Source of the DNA: Flavobacteriaceae bacterium CG2_30_34_30
Lineage (GTDB): Bacteria; Bacteroidota; Bacteroidia; Flavobacteriales; Flavobacteriaceae
Length of the DNA stretch: 64,000 nt
Reading direction: 5' to 3'
NCBI GenBank assembly: GCA_001873105.1
Contig: MNYN01000011.1
Coordinates: forward strand, 11,716-75,715
Shown here: positions 28,561-37,419 of the stretch, in pieces
Numbering within the stretch: the first letter of the stretch is position 1
How the letters are laid out: every line of letters begins with the position of its first letter
Program-made: the position numbers and the translations under genes
Notes under the pieces: generated by a model
The model's input: only the letters and a program-made list of their open reading frames with translations
Told to the model about the DNA's origin: nothing
The model's database searches: none

Positions 28561-28745
28561 ACCCCAACTCCTATAGCAAGTACGGGACTAGCTCTAAAAG
28601 GAGGAGTTGTTGAAAATAAGACTCCATTTCGGGATGGTGAAAAACTGATTTTTAGTATTAGCAGCTTTTCGGAGAGGATTTAATTTTAGAACGTAGCAAA
28701 AGAAATAAATCCTCTTTCAAAAGAAAGTTGTTCAGGCTTATTTTC
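28561..28745. mobile_element. Nested inverted-repeat element (REP/MITE-like or structured RNA), non-coding
   Basis: CAACTCCT/AGGAGTTG (28565/28602), GAAAATAAG/CTTATTTTC (28612/28737), GAAAAACTG/CAGCTTTTC (28639/28662), AGAGGATTTA/TAAATCCTCT (28673/28706). Confidence 0.4.
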
Positions 28746-29227
28746 TAAAAAAACCTGCTATGCCAGCTTTCATCTGCAGGGACTTCCCAGTTTTCTACAT
28801 ATTCAGCTTTGGTGTTGATTAGGTTGTTAAAAACTATGGTGTTTTTAGAAATGGATTTTGCTTTTGCCATCGCTTTAAATTCTGTTAATGGCTTGTGCGT
28901 TATGAATTGTCCCGTGTAAAAAGTGACGTTCATTTTGTCCAACAAATCTATTTCATATTTTTTTTCTAACTGCTGTATAAAATGCACCGAGGCATCTATA
29001 GAACAGCCGGAAGCGGAAGCATTTTCTTGATTGAGCCCAATAATAATAAACCGATTGTGTTTAATTTCAAAACCTGCTTCTAAAGCAGCGCCGTGAGCTG
29101 TCCATTGGGTAAGAAATTCATGAAGTTTGCCTTCTATTTCAGTAACTTCTGTATCACTTAATTTTCTGTTTGATGGGTAAATCCAAATTCTGGAATTCTC
29201 GGGTAAATTTTCAAAGGGAACCAACAT
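28745..29227 (-). CDS. Conserved hypothetical protein with WxAHG and SGCSID motifs (no Walker motifs)
   Basis: SRIWIY, QWTAHG, ASGCSID. Confidence 0.8.
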   Translation of the reverse strand: MLVPFENLPENSRIWIYPSNRKLSDTEVTEIEGKLHEFLTQWTAHGAALEAGFEIKHNRFIIIGLNQENASASGCSIDASVHFIQQLEKKYEIDLLDKMNVTFYTGQFITHKPLTEFKAMAKAKSISKNTIVFNNLINTKAEYVENWEVPADESWHSRFF

Positions 29228-29233
29228 AATATT

Positions 29234-29261
29234 AGATGTGAGATTTTATATTTTATATTTT
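29234..29261. repeat. 7-bp-period repeat, 26/28 identical to 28417-28444
   Basis: AGATGTG AGATTTT ATATTTT ATATTTT. Confidence 0.75.
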
Positions 29262-29281
29262 TTTTGAATTGGAAAAATCCA

Positions 29282-30073
29282 TTAAAGATCTTCTGCATTT
29301 GCTATCATTTCGGCGATATCCATCACTTGAATGTCTCCTTCTTTGTTTTTTCCTTTTACACCGTCAGTCATCATGGTGTTACAAAAAGGACAAGCAGCAG
29401 CAATAATACTAGGTTGGGTTTTTATCGCTTCTTCTGTTCGTTCTATATTGATATCTTTTTTACCTGCTTCAGGTTCTTTAAACATTTGAGCACCACCTGC
29501 ACCACAACAAAGTCCATTAGATTTGCAACGTTTCATTTCAATTAACTCCACTTCCAGTTTTTCTAAAAGTTTGCGAGGAGCTTCATATTCCCCATTGGCA
29601 CGACCTAAATAGCAAGGGTCGTGAAAAGTGATGCGTTTTCCTTTAAACTTACCTCCTTCTACTTTTAGTCGGCCTTCTTTTAGGAGTAAATTTAAAAACT
29701 GCGTGTGGTGTAGCACTTCATAATTTCCACCTAACTCAGGATATTCATTTTTTATAGTGTTAAAACAATGCGGACAGGCAGTTACAATTTTTTTAACTTG
29801 GTAACCATTAAGGACTTCTATATTGCCCATTGCTTGCATTTGGAATAGAAATTCATTTCCTGCACGTTTTGCAGGATCACCGGTACAACTTTCTTCTGTA
29901 CCTAAAACGGCAAATTCTATTTTAGCTTTGTTGAGAATTCGCACAAAAGCTTTGGTTATTTTTTTTGCCCTATCATCAAAACTTCCGGCACAACCCACCC
30001 AAAATAAGACTTCCGGCTGTTTGCCTTCTGCGGTATATTGTGCCATTGTGGGTACTTTTAGTGCTTCGCTCAT
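29282..30073 (-). CDS. CCG-domain Fe-S protein (C-terminal half of a FadF/EtfD-like oxidoreductase)
   Basis: WVGCAGSFD, SCTGDP, CPHCFN, HDPCYLGR, CCGAGG, CPFC. Confidence 0.88.
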   Translation of the reverse strand: MSEALKVPTMAQYTAEGKQPEVLFWVGCAGSFDDRAKKITKAFVRILNKAKIEFAVLGTEESCTGDPAKRAGNEFLFQMQAMGNIEVLNGYQVKKIVTACPHCFNTIKNEYPELGGNYEVLHHTQFLNLLLKEGRLKVEGGKFKGKRITFHDPCYLGRANGEYEAPRKLLEKLEVELIEMKRCKSNGLCCGAGGAQMFKEPEAGKKDINIERTEEAIKTQPSIIAAACPFCNTMMTDGVKGKNKEGDIQVMDIAEMIANAEDL

Positions 30074-30125
30074 ACTTTTGAAATTTCTAAGTTAACGGTT
30101 TATTATTTTGAGTAGCTACATCTTT

Positions 30126-30560
30126 CTACTCTTTAAAAACCTGAATAGTTACATCTTTATTTACCAAATCTGTAAATTTTCCTTTATATCGTGTTGCTTT
30201 CACTAAATGGTTGTCTATCCAATGGTAATTTCCACCTCGTGGTTTTCCCATTAACAAGGCATGATATTTAAATCCGTTTTTGTTTAGCCATATTTCGGTA
30301 TTTGCTCTATGTGCTTCTGTACGGGAAGTGAAAAAACAAATAATATGCCCTTGTTCAAACCATTTATTAAGTGTTTTTAGTGCGTCTGGATATACTTTTG
30401 CGGTTAACATCCTTTCTGGTTCTTCATTCGGTATATCTTCGCAGATGGTCCCATCAATATCAATTAAATAATTTTTAATATTTTCTGGCAGTATCGGACT
30501 TATATGTTGTCCATTTTCCACTTTTTCGCTTAATAATTTTTCTACGTCTGCTTTCTTCAT
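30126..30560 (-). CDS. Cap-less HAD-superfamily phosphatase-like protein (LNS2-like)
   Basis: Motif I DIDGT, motif II FTSR, motif III GKP, and WIDN. Confidence 0.8.
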   Translation of the reverse strand: MKKADVEKLLSEKVENGQHISPILPENIKNYLIDIDGTICEDIPNEEPERMLTAKVYPDALKTLNKWFEQGHIICFFTSRTEAHRANTEIWLNKNGFKYHALLMGKPRGGNYHWIDNHLVKATRYKGKFTDLVNKDVTIQVFKE

Positions 30561-30596
30561 TTTCTATACTTTCCTTTTTAAAATTTAACACTAAAT

Positions 30597-31922
30597 CTAT
30601 TCGTCTTTCCAATTCAATCGATCCATTTGATTGTAAGGCCAAGGGGCTCCGTTATTTTCGATATTGGTCATCGCGCCATTTAACAATACAGGTGCAGCAG
30701 ATTGTTCCATCACAAGATATTGGCGCATATCCATAATAATAGAGAGTGGATCAATACTAACTGGGCAGGCTTCTACACACGCATTGCAAGTGGTGCACGC
30801 CCAAAGCTCTTCTCTTAAAATATAATCATCTAAAAGTTGTTTACCATCGGGGACAAATTCTCCGTTTTTATCGATATTTTTTCCTACTTCTTCCAGACGG
30901 TCTCTAGTGTCCATCATAATTTTACGCGGAGATAATTTTTTCCCTGTAATATTAGCAGGACATACACTTGTGCATCGTCCACATTCTGTGCAAGTGTATG
31001 CATTAAGTAGTTGAACCCAGTTTAAATCCATTACATCGCTTGCACCAAATTTTTCTGGAGTTGCATTAGCATCTGTTTCTACAGGAGTTGAAAAGGGATC
31101 GACATTTGGATCCATCATTAATTTTACTTCACTGCTTACCGTTGGGTTGTTAGGAAACTTTCCGTAAGTGGTTAGTTTACCAAAATAGGTGTTAGGAAAT
31201 GCGAGAAGAATGTGTAAGTGTTTGGAAAAATATAAATAATTCAAGAAAAATAAGATTCCCAGTATATGTAACCACCAAGCGAAACGTTCCAATAAAATGA
31301 CACTGCTATCTGTCATGGAATTAAAAAGTGGTGCTATAAACTGGCTTATGGGAAATGATCCAACTTGTGCATAATGGGTAACTCCGAGCTGCTGTAAATG
31401 ATAATCGGCTGCGTTCATCGTTAAAAAAAGAGTCATTAAAACTACTTCAATATATAAAATTATATTGGCATCGTTTTTTGGCCATCCTTTCATTTCCGGA
31501 TTCCAAAAACGTTTTACTTTTTTAAGATTTCTTCTAACCCAAAAAAGTATAACACTCACTAATACGAGTAGTGCGAGAATTTCAAAAGCACCAATCAAAA
31601 AATCATAAAAGCCTCCAAAAATAGAAAAAGCTCTGTGAGTGCCTACGAGTCCGTCGTAAATTATTTCTAAAACTTCAATGTTGATGATGATAAATCCCAA
31701 ATAGACTACAAGATGTAGGAATCCGGATACAGGTCTTTTTACTAATTTTGATTGTCCAAAAGCAATGAATAAGAGATTTTTAAATCGCTCTTTTGGATGG
31801 TCAAATCGATTTATGTTTTTACCAATAAGGATGTTTCTTCTAATTTTTTTTATGTTATTAATAAAATAACCGATACCTACAAAGAGTGCAAGTAAAAAAA
31901 GTATGTTTAGTAAGTAATTCAT
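30597..31922 (-). CDS. Membrane-anchored 4Fe-4S dicluster protein (N-terminal half of a FadF/EtfD-like oxidoreductase)
   Basis: Several TM helices with conserved His (WWLHIL, SKHLHI); CTECGRCTSVCP and CTTCNACVEACP. Confidence 0.88.
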   Translation of the reverse strand: MNYLLNILFLLALFVGIGYFINNIKKIRRNILIGKNINRFDHPKERFKNLLFIAFGQSKLVKRPVSGFLHLVVYLGFIIINIEVLEIIYDGLVGTHRAFSIFGGFYDFLIGAFEILALLVLVSVILFWVRRNLKKVKRFWNPEMKGWPKNDANIILYIEVVLMTLFLTMNAADYHLQQLGVTHYAQVGSFPISQFIAPLFNSMTDSSVILLERFAWWLHILGILFFLNYLYFSKHLHILLAFPNTYFGKLTTYGKFPNNPTVSSEVKLMMDPNVDPFSTPVETDANATPEKFGASDVMDLNWVQLLNAYTCTECGRCTSVCPANITGKKLSPRKIMMDTRDRLEEVGKNIDKNGEFVPDGKQLLDDYILREELWACTTCNACVEACPVSIDPLSIIMDMRQYLVMEQSAAPVLLNGAMTNIENNGAPWPYNQMDRLNWKDE

Positions 31923-31979
31923 TTTAAAAATTTTAAAAAGAGAAACTCTTTAGAAGTGTAAATTATAGATAAACCATTT

Positions 31980-32930
31980 TTATTCTTCTTTTTGATCTGG
32001 CTCTTCATAGGGCCCTGGTTTTTTACCAAACAAGGAAAAATGTACATAACGTTTTGGGTTTAATTTCATATCCTCAAGCAATTGTTCTAATTGTTTGGTG
32101 GAACCTTCTAGATTTTTGTAAAGCAATTCGTCATTTAGTAATTTTCCTAGGCTGCCTTCTCCATTATTTAATTTTTTGGTAATGGCATTAAAATCGGCTA
32201 TGGTGTTTTCTATATTAGTAACTAATTTTCCTACTTCTAGCTGTGATAAAGAGTCAGATAAAATAGCAAAATTTTGTGAGGTTTTGTCTAAATTACTAAA
32301 AGTAGAGTTAAATTTTTCCTGATTTGTTTTTAAAAGAGATTCTAAAGTTTTAGAAGATTCTTTGAAAGAGACGGCTACTTCACCCAAATCTTTTAAAGTT
32401 TTTTTTAAACTTTCTCTAACATCTTTGTCTAAAACATCTGCTACAGCAGTCAAGACACTATCGGTGCTAACTACCGTGTTTTCTATTTTATCTTGTAATG
32501 GGCTTAATCGATCATTCATAAATTCCATAATACCTTCTTCTCTTTGCCCAACAAGGGTGTCGCCACTTATGGCAATATCTGAAGTTGTAAAATCTGGGAT
32601 AATAGAAAGCGATTTTCCGCCTATAAGTCCTCCTCCATAAATTTTTGCTATACTTGTTTTTGAAAACTGAAAGTCTCCTACCACATTAAACTCGACTACT
32701 AAATCGCCTGTTTTACTGGATATAGAAATTTGTTTTACTTTGCCAATTTTTAAACCATTTACAGTAACGACTGAGGATAAATCCAACCCTTCTACATTTT
32801 TATAAACTACATAATAAATTCTTTCTTTATTAAGTATGTTGCTACCTTTTAAATAGTTGTATCCAAAAATAAAGGTAGCAATTGCAAATACTGCTAATAA
32901 TCCGGTTTTAACTTCTTTAGAAAACTTCAC
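31980..32930 (-). CDS. MlaD/MCE-family protein
   Basis: N-terminal TM, VEGLDLSSVVTVNGLKIGKV, coiled coil, GEGSLGKLL. Confidence 0.9.
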   Translation of the reverse strand: MKFSKEVKTGLLAVFAIATFIFGYNYLKGSNILNKERIYYVVYKNVEGLDLSSVVTVNGLKIGKVKQISISSKTGDLVVEFNVVGDFQFSKTSIAKIYGGGLIGGKSLSIIPDFTTSDIAISGDTLVGQREEGIMEFMNDRLSPLQDKIENTVVSTDSVLTAVADVLDKDVRESLKKTLKDLGEVAVSFKESSKTLESLLKTNQEKFNSTFSNLDKTSQNFAILSDSLSQLEVGKLVTNIENTIADFNAITKKLNNGEGSLGKLLNDELLYKNLEGSTKQLEQLLEDMKLNPKRYVHFSLFGKKPGPYEEPDQKEE

Positions 32931-32984
32931 ACAGTTATTTTTTAGTTGACAACAAATTTAGAAATTAAATGCAAATACTGGATA

Positions 32985-34094
32985 CTAATTAGTATTTGAT
33001 TTTAAAATATCAGACACAGGCACTTTTTTTTCCTTTTTAAATGCAACAATAAATGCAGAAGTATATCCTTTTTGTTTCGCTACCTGCTGCATGTTTTTAA
33101 TTTTATTATAATTGGATGTTGCCCCATAATAATATTTAAAAAGCCCATCTTCTTTGGCTCTGCTTATTTCTTTAAGTCCTTTAAAATTTTGAGGTTTTGG
33201 ATCTAGTTTTTTTGAGCTTGCCGCTATTTGCACTTTAAACAACACATCTTTATATATATCTTCTTTAATGATAACTTCCTCTTTTATCGTATTATCTGGA
33301 AAGGAGAAAGTTTCCATATTTCCTAAAGAAATACTTTTATGATAATCATGAATTGCCTTAGAAATAGCAATTGCCATTTCCTGTTGCCCATTTTTTGAAT
33401 TTAAGTACGCTCCTTCTTCCTTATTAGTTAAAAACCCGGTTTCAATTAGCACACTTGGCATATAACTACTCATTAACACTAAAAATCCAGCTTGTTTTAC
33501 ACTTCTGTCGTTTCGGTGCAGTTGGTGGGTAAAATTATCTTGTATGTAACTTGCCACTTCAATACTTTGATCGAGATATTCTTCCTGCATTAAAATTAAG
33601 CCTATAACCGATTCTGGAGAGTTTGGATCAAAACCTCCATAGGTTTCCTGATAATTATCTTCTAAATAGATAACTTGATTTTCCTTTTTTGCAATTTCAA
33701 AATTTGCCTGACTTTTATGCAATCCTAATACAAAAGTTTCAGTGCCACTTGCTGCAGAATGGTGCGCATTGCAGTGAATAGAGACAAATAAATCGGCTTT
33801 TGCTCTGTTTGCTATGGCTGAGCGTTCCCGTAACTCTATAAATACATCGGTTTTTCGGGTATAAATAACTTTAATGTTTTTGTTTTTTTCTAATTCCTTG
33901 CCTACGGCTAAGACTATGTTAAGTGCAATATCTTTTTCAAAGTACCCATTTCCTCTATTGCCGGGATCTTTTCCACCATGACCAGCATCTAAAACAACAA
34001 TAAAAGGTTTGTTTTGTGCGAAAGAATTACTGGTATAACCGGAAGAAAAAGAAAATAGAAGGAATACGAAAATAGAAAAATAGTGCGTTTTCAT
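32985..34094 (-). CDS. N-acetylmuramoyl-L-alanine amidase (Amidase_3)
   Basis: LDAGHGGKDPG, FVSIHCNA, PSVLIETGF. Confidence 0.93.
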   Translation of the reverse strand: MKTHYFSIFVFLLFSFSSGYTSNSFAQNKPFIVVLDAGHGGKDPGNRGNGYFEKDIALNIVLAVGKELEKNKNIKVIYTRKTDVFIELRERSAIANRAKADLFVSIHCNAHHSAASGTETFVLGLHKSQANFEIAKKENQVIYLEDNYQETYGGFDPNSPESVIGLILMQEEYLDQSIEVASYIQDNFTHQLHRNDRSVKQAGFLVLMSSYMPSVLIETGFLTNKEEGAYLNSKNGQQEMAIAISKAIHDYHKSISLGNMETFSFPDNTIKEEVIIKEDIYKDVLFKVQIAASSKKLDPKPQNFKGLKEISRAKEDGLFKYYYGATSNYNKIKNMQQVAKQKGYTSAFIVAFKKEKKVPVSDILKSNTN

Positions 34095-34169
34095 AAAGAC
34101 CTGACGAATTATAGTTAGGATTATTTTAAAATTTATTGGGGTTTAAAAATTTACCCAAAAAAATATGTT

Positions 34170-34177
34170 TAATTTTG
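34170..34177 (+). promoter_or_regulatory. Sigma-A -7 element (TAATTTTG) for lptD
   Basis: Exact TAnnTTTG match 48 nt before the TTG start. Confidence 0.55.
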
Positions 34178-34225
34178 ACACTTCAATAACTAAGCCATAA
34201 CTTTACAAAAATAGGATTTAAACCA

Positions 34226-36931
34226 TTGCAAACAAATAAACTTCGCCTTCTTTTATTGCTTTGTTTCTCGCTGATGGGTTTGACTATTCTTCATGCTCAG
34301 GAACCAAAAATTAATCCTTCTGCATCTATTCCGGCGGTGAAAGATTCTGTTAAAATTCCTGTAAATGAAATTTTTCCTTCTGTTTCTGAAATCGTTACAG
34401 ATACTATTAAAACAGATACTATAAAACCACAAAAAGAAACGCTAACCGGTGTGGTAGATTATTATGGTGAAGATTATGTATTAATGCATAAAAAAGAAAA
34501 TAAGGTGTATATGTACAATAAAGCATATATTATCTATGAAGATATGCGTATTGATGCCGGATTAATTATTCTTGACTATAATAAAAATGAGGTTTATGCC
34601 AAAGGAATTAAAGATTCTTTAGGAAATTATACCCAAAAACCCATTTTTGTTCAAGGAAATAATAAAGTAGAGCCCGACTCCATTCGATTTAACTTTGATT
34701 CGCAGCGTGCTTTAGTATATAATTCCAGAACGGAACAAAGTGGATTTAAAGTTATTGGTGAAATTTCAAAAAAAGAAAACGATTCTGTTATTTTTATTTA
34801 CAACGTTAAATTTACCACGGCAAAAGACATTGACAATCCGGAATATTACTTTTTTTCGAGAAAAGTAAAATTTGTTCCAAAAAAGAAAATTATCACAGGA
34901 TTAACTAATATGTATATTGCAAATGTACCAACTCCCATAGGCTTGCCTTTCGGATATTTCCCATTAGAAGAAGACCGTGCCTCAGGATTTATTATTCCAA
35001 CAATTGGTGAAAATAATAACCGGGGGTTCTTTTTTCAAAATGGGGGTTATTATTTTGCACTAAGCGATTATGCCGATTTAACCGTATTAGGAGATTATTA
35101 TACCAATGGAAGTTATGGCTTACGATTTGAATCAAATTACGCCTTGCGGTATCGTTTTAGAGGAAATTTAAGTTTACGTTTTGAAAATTTATTAAATAGC
35201 GAGCGTGGTTTTCCCGATTTTAGTGAATCCTCGGTGTATAATATCCGTTGGTCGCATACGCAGGACGCAAAGGCGAATCCTTCCTCCCGCTTTTCTGCAT
35301 CTGTAAATTTAGGAAGCAGCACGTATTACCAACAGTCTATAAATCAATTAAATACCGCTAATTTTTTAAACAACACACTGAGTTCCTCCGTTTCTTATTC
35401 TAAAACTTTTGAAGGGGAACCTCAGGTAAATTTAAACATAGCAGGTACCCATTCTCAAAACACCAATACCCAAGAAATAAATCTTTCTTTACCAAATCTT
35501 ACGGCAAGCGTTTCTAGAATATTTCCTTTTGCTCCTAAAATTGGCGTTAAAAAAGGAGCCATTCACAATATTAATTTTCAATATGATGTAGCAGCAGAAA
35601 ATAGAATCCGTACTACAGATTCTTTATTTTTTAAACCCGAAATGTTTAACGAGGCACAAATTGGAGCACGACATACAATACCTCTTTCTACTAATTTTAA
35701 AATGTTTAAATATTTAAGCGCATCAGCCGGGACAAGTTATCAAGAAATTTGGGTTTTAAAAACCACAGAAAGAAGCTTTGATGCTGAATTGAATCAAGTA
35801 GTCATTGATACCGTTAACGGATTTGATAGCTACAGAACCTACAACTTTTCCACTAGCTTAGGAACAACGGTTTATGGGATGTTTAACTTTGGTAAGGAGA
35901 TGAAAATTCAATCCGTACGGCACGTGATGAGACCATCAGTAGGATACTCATTAAATCCTGGTTTCAATCAATACTATGAAGAATTAAAATACAGACCTAA
36001 TGTGGCTGGCGGGCTATCGGAAGAACAAATTTTAAAGTATTCCCGATTTCAAAACACCTTGTACGGTGCTCCTAACCAAAATAATTCAAGCAGCGTTAGT
36101 TTTGGTTTAAGTAATACCTTAGAAGCCAAAATTAGAGATAAAGACAGTACTGCAACGGAGTTAAAACGTATTTCAATATTGAATAATTTAAACTTTAACA
36201 CAAGTTACAGCATCACTAATGATAGTTTAAAATGGAGCCCATTAAATATCACAGGAAGCATTCCTATTATTCCAAAATTGGATATAAATTTTGGAGGAAT
36301 TTTAGACCCGTATGCATTAGATAATAACAACCAAAAAATAAATACGTTCAATATTAATAATGGCGGAAGTTTGTTTCGACTTACCAGTGCCAATATGAGT
36401 TTTAACTATTCCTTTTCCAGCAAAGATTTTGATAAAAAAGAAAAAAACAAAGGAAAAGAAGATAATGAAACTTTCAGAAACGGGGGGCGTCCGGATGATT
36501 TGTTTGGCAATTCCAATGATTTTTCAAATGATGCCTTCGGAAACAATACTTTAGAGGATGAAGAGGAAAAGGATGTAAATATCGGAAGATATAATTATAA
36601 TATTCCTTGGGATTTTAGATTGGCTTACACCATTACCTATTCAAACCTTAGAAGAGAAAACGAAATATCTTCGCAATCGTTAATGTTTAGTGGAAATATG
36701 GATTTGTCACCCAGATGGTCGGTTGGGGCATCCTCCGGATACGATTTTAAACTAAAAGGATTCACTTTCACCCAATTTAGATTTCAAAGAGATTTAGAAA
36801 GTTGGCAAATGAGTTTTAACTGGGTACCTTTTAGTGCTCAAAGTTCATGGTATTTCTTTGTTGGCATAAAATCTTCCGTGCTAAGCGATATTAAATACGA
36901 TAAAAGACGGGAACGTGATCAACAATTATAA
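34226..36931 (+). CDS. lptD: LPS-assembly outer-membrane protein LptD (Bacteroidota type), TTG start
   Basis: OstA-like N-domain (DMRIDAGLIILDY), PTPIGLPFGYFP, GFFFQNGGYY, long beta-barrel, FQRDLESW. Confidence 0.85.
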   Translation: MQTNKLRLLLLLCFSLMGLTILHAQEPKINPSASIPAVKDSVKIPVNEIFPSVSEIVTDTIKTDTIKPQKETLTGVVDYYGEDYVLMHKKENKVYMYNKAYIIYEDMRIDAGLIILDYNKNEVYAKGIKDSLGNYTQKPIFVQGNNKVEPDSIRFNFDSQRALVYNSRTEQSGFKVIGEISKKENDSVIFIYNVKFTTAKDIDNPEYYFFSRKVKFVPKKKIITGLTNMYIANVPTPIGLPFGYFPLEEDRASGFIIPTIGENNNRGFFFQNGGYYFALSDYADLTVLGDYYTNGSYGLRFESNYALRYRFRGNLSLRFENLLNSERGFPDFSESSVYNIRWSHTQDAKANPSSRFSASVNLGSSTYYQQSINQLNTANFLNNTLSSSVSYSKTFEGEPQVNLNIAGTHSQNTNTQEINLSLPNLTASVSRIFPFAPKIGVKKGAIHNINFQYDVAAENRIRTTDSLFFKPEMFNEAQIGARHTIPLSTNFKMFKYLSASAGTSYQEIWVLKTTERSFDAELNQVVIDTVNGFDSYRTYNFSTSLGTTVYGMFNFGKEMKIQSVRHVMRPSVGYSLNPGFNQYYEELKYRPNVAGGLSEEQILKYSRFQNTLYGAPNQNNSSSVSFGLSNTLEAKIRDKDSTATELKRISILNNLNFNTSYSITNDSLKWSPLNITGSIPIIPKLDINFGGILDPYALDNNNQKINTFNINNGGSLFRLTSANMSFNYSFSSKDFDKKEKNKGKEDNETFRNGGRPDDLFGNSNDFSNDAFGNNTLEDEEEKDVNIGRYNYNIPWDFRLAYTITYSNLRRENEISSQSLMFSGNMDLSPRWSVGASSGYDFKLKGFTFTQFRFQRDLESWQMSFNWVPFSAQSSWYFFVGIKSSVLSDIKYDKRRERDQQL

Positions 36932-36972
36932 CAGAATATTTTTTTAAGTTTACCATCTAAATCACATAAATC

Positions 36973-37356
36973 ATGGCGAAAAAAATAATTAATACAGCTC
37001 TTGCCCCTGCTCCTATTGGTCCTTATAATCAGGCGATTTTAGTTGGAAATATGCTTTATACTTCCGGACAAATTGCTATAAATCCTGCTACAGGAGCATT
37101 GGTTTTAGAAGATATTCAGACGGAAACCAAGTTAGTAATGGAAAATTTAAAAGCCATTTTAACAGAAGCAGAAATGACTTTTGAAAATGTAGTGAAAACC
37201 TCTATTTTTATAAGTGATATGCAAAACTTCGCTAAGATAAATGAAGTGTATGCAACCTATTTTAAAGAAGCAACTGCTCCCGCTCGAGAAACTGTGGAGG
37301 TGGCTAATTTACCAAAATTTGTCAACGTAGAAATTTCCTTGATTGCAGTGAAATAA
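36973..37356 (+). CDS. RidA/Rid-family enamine deaminase
   Basis: APAPIGPYNQA, TSGQI, PARETVEVANLP, VEIS. Confidence 0.93.
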   Translation: MAKKIINTALAPAPIGPYNQAILVGNMLYTSGQIAINPATGALVLEDIQTETKLVMENLKAILTEAEMTFENVVKTSIFISDMQNFAKINEVYATYFKEATAPARETVEVANLPKFVNVEISLIAVK

Positions 37357-37419
37357 CAGATTAAAAAGTAGTGTTTTTTTCCTTCTAAACAAATTTAAGC
37401 AACTAATGAATAAAGACCT

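Noticed and set aside
34175-34225. In-frame upstream TTG and premature TAA (34187-34189) suggesting a longer or disrupted lptD
   Set aside because: The upstream TTG lies inside the TAATTTTG -7 promoter box, so it is probably not transcribed. The TTG at 34226 gives an intact signal peptide.
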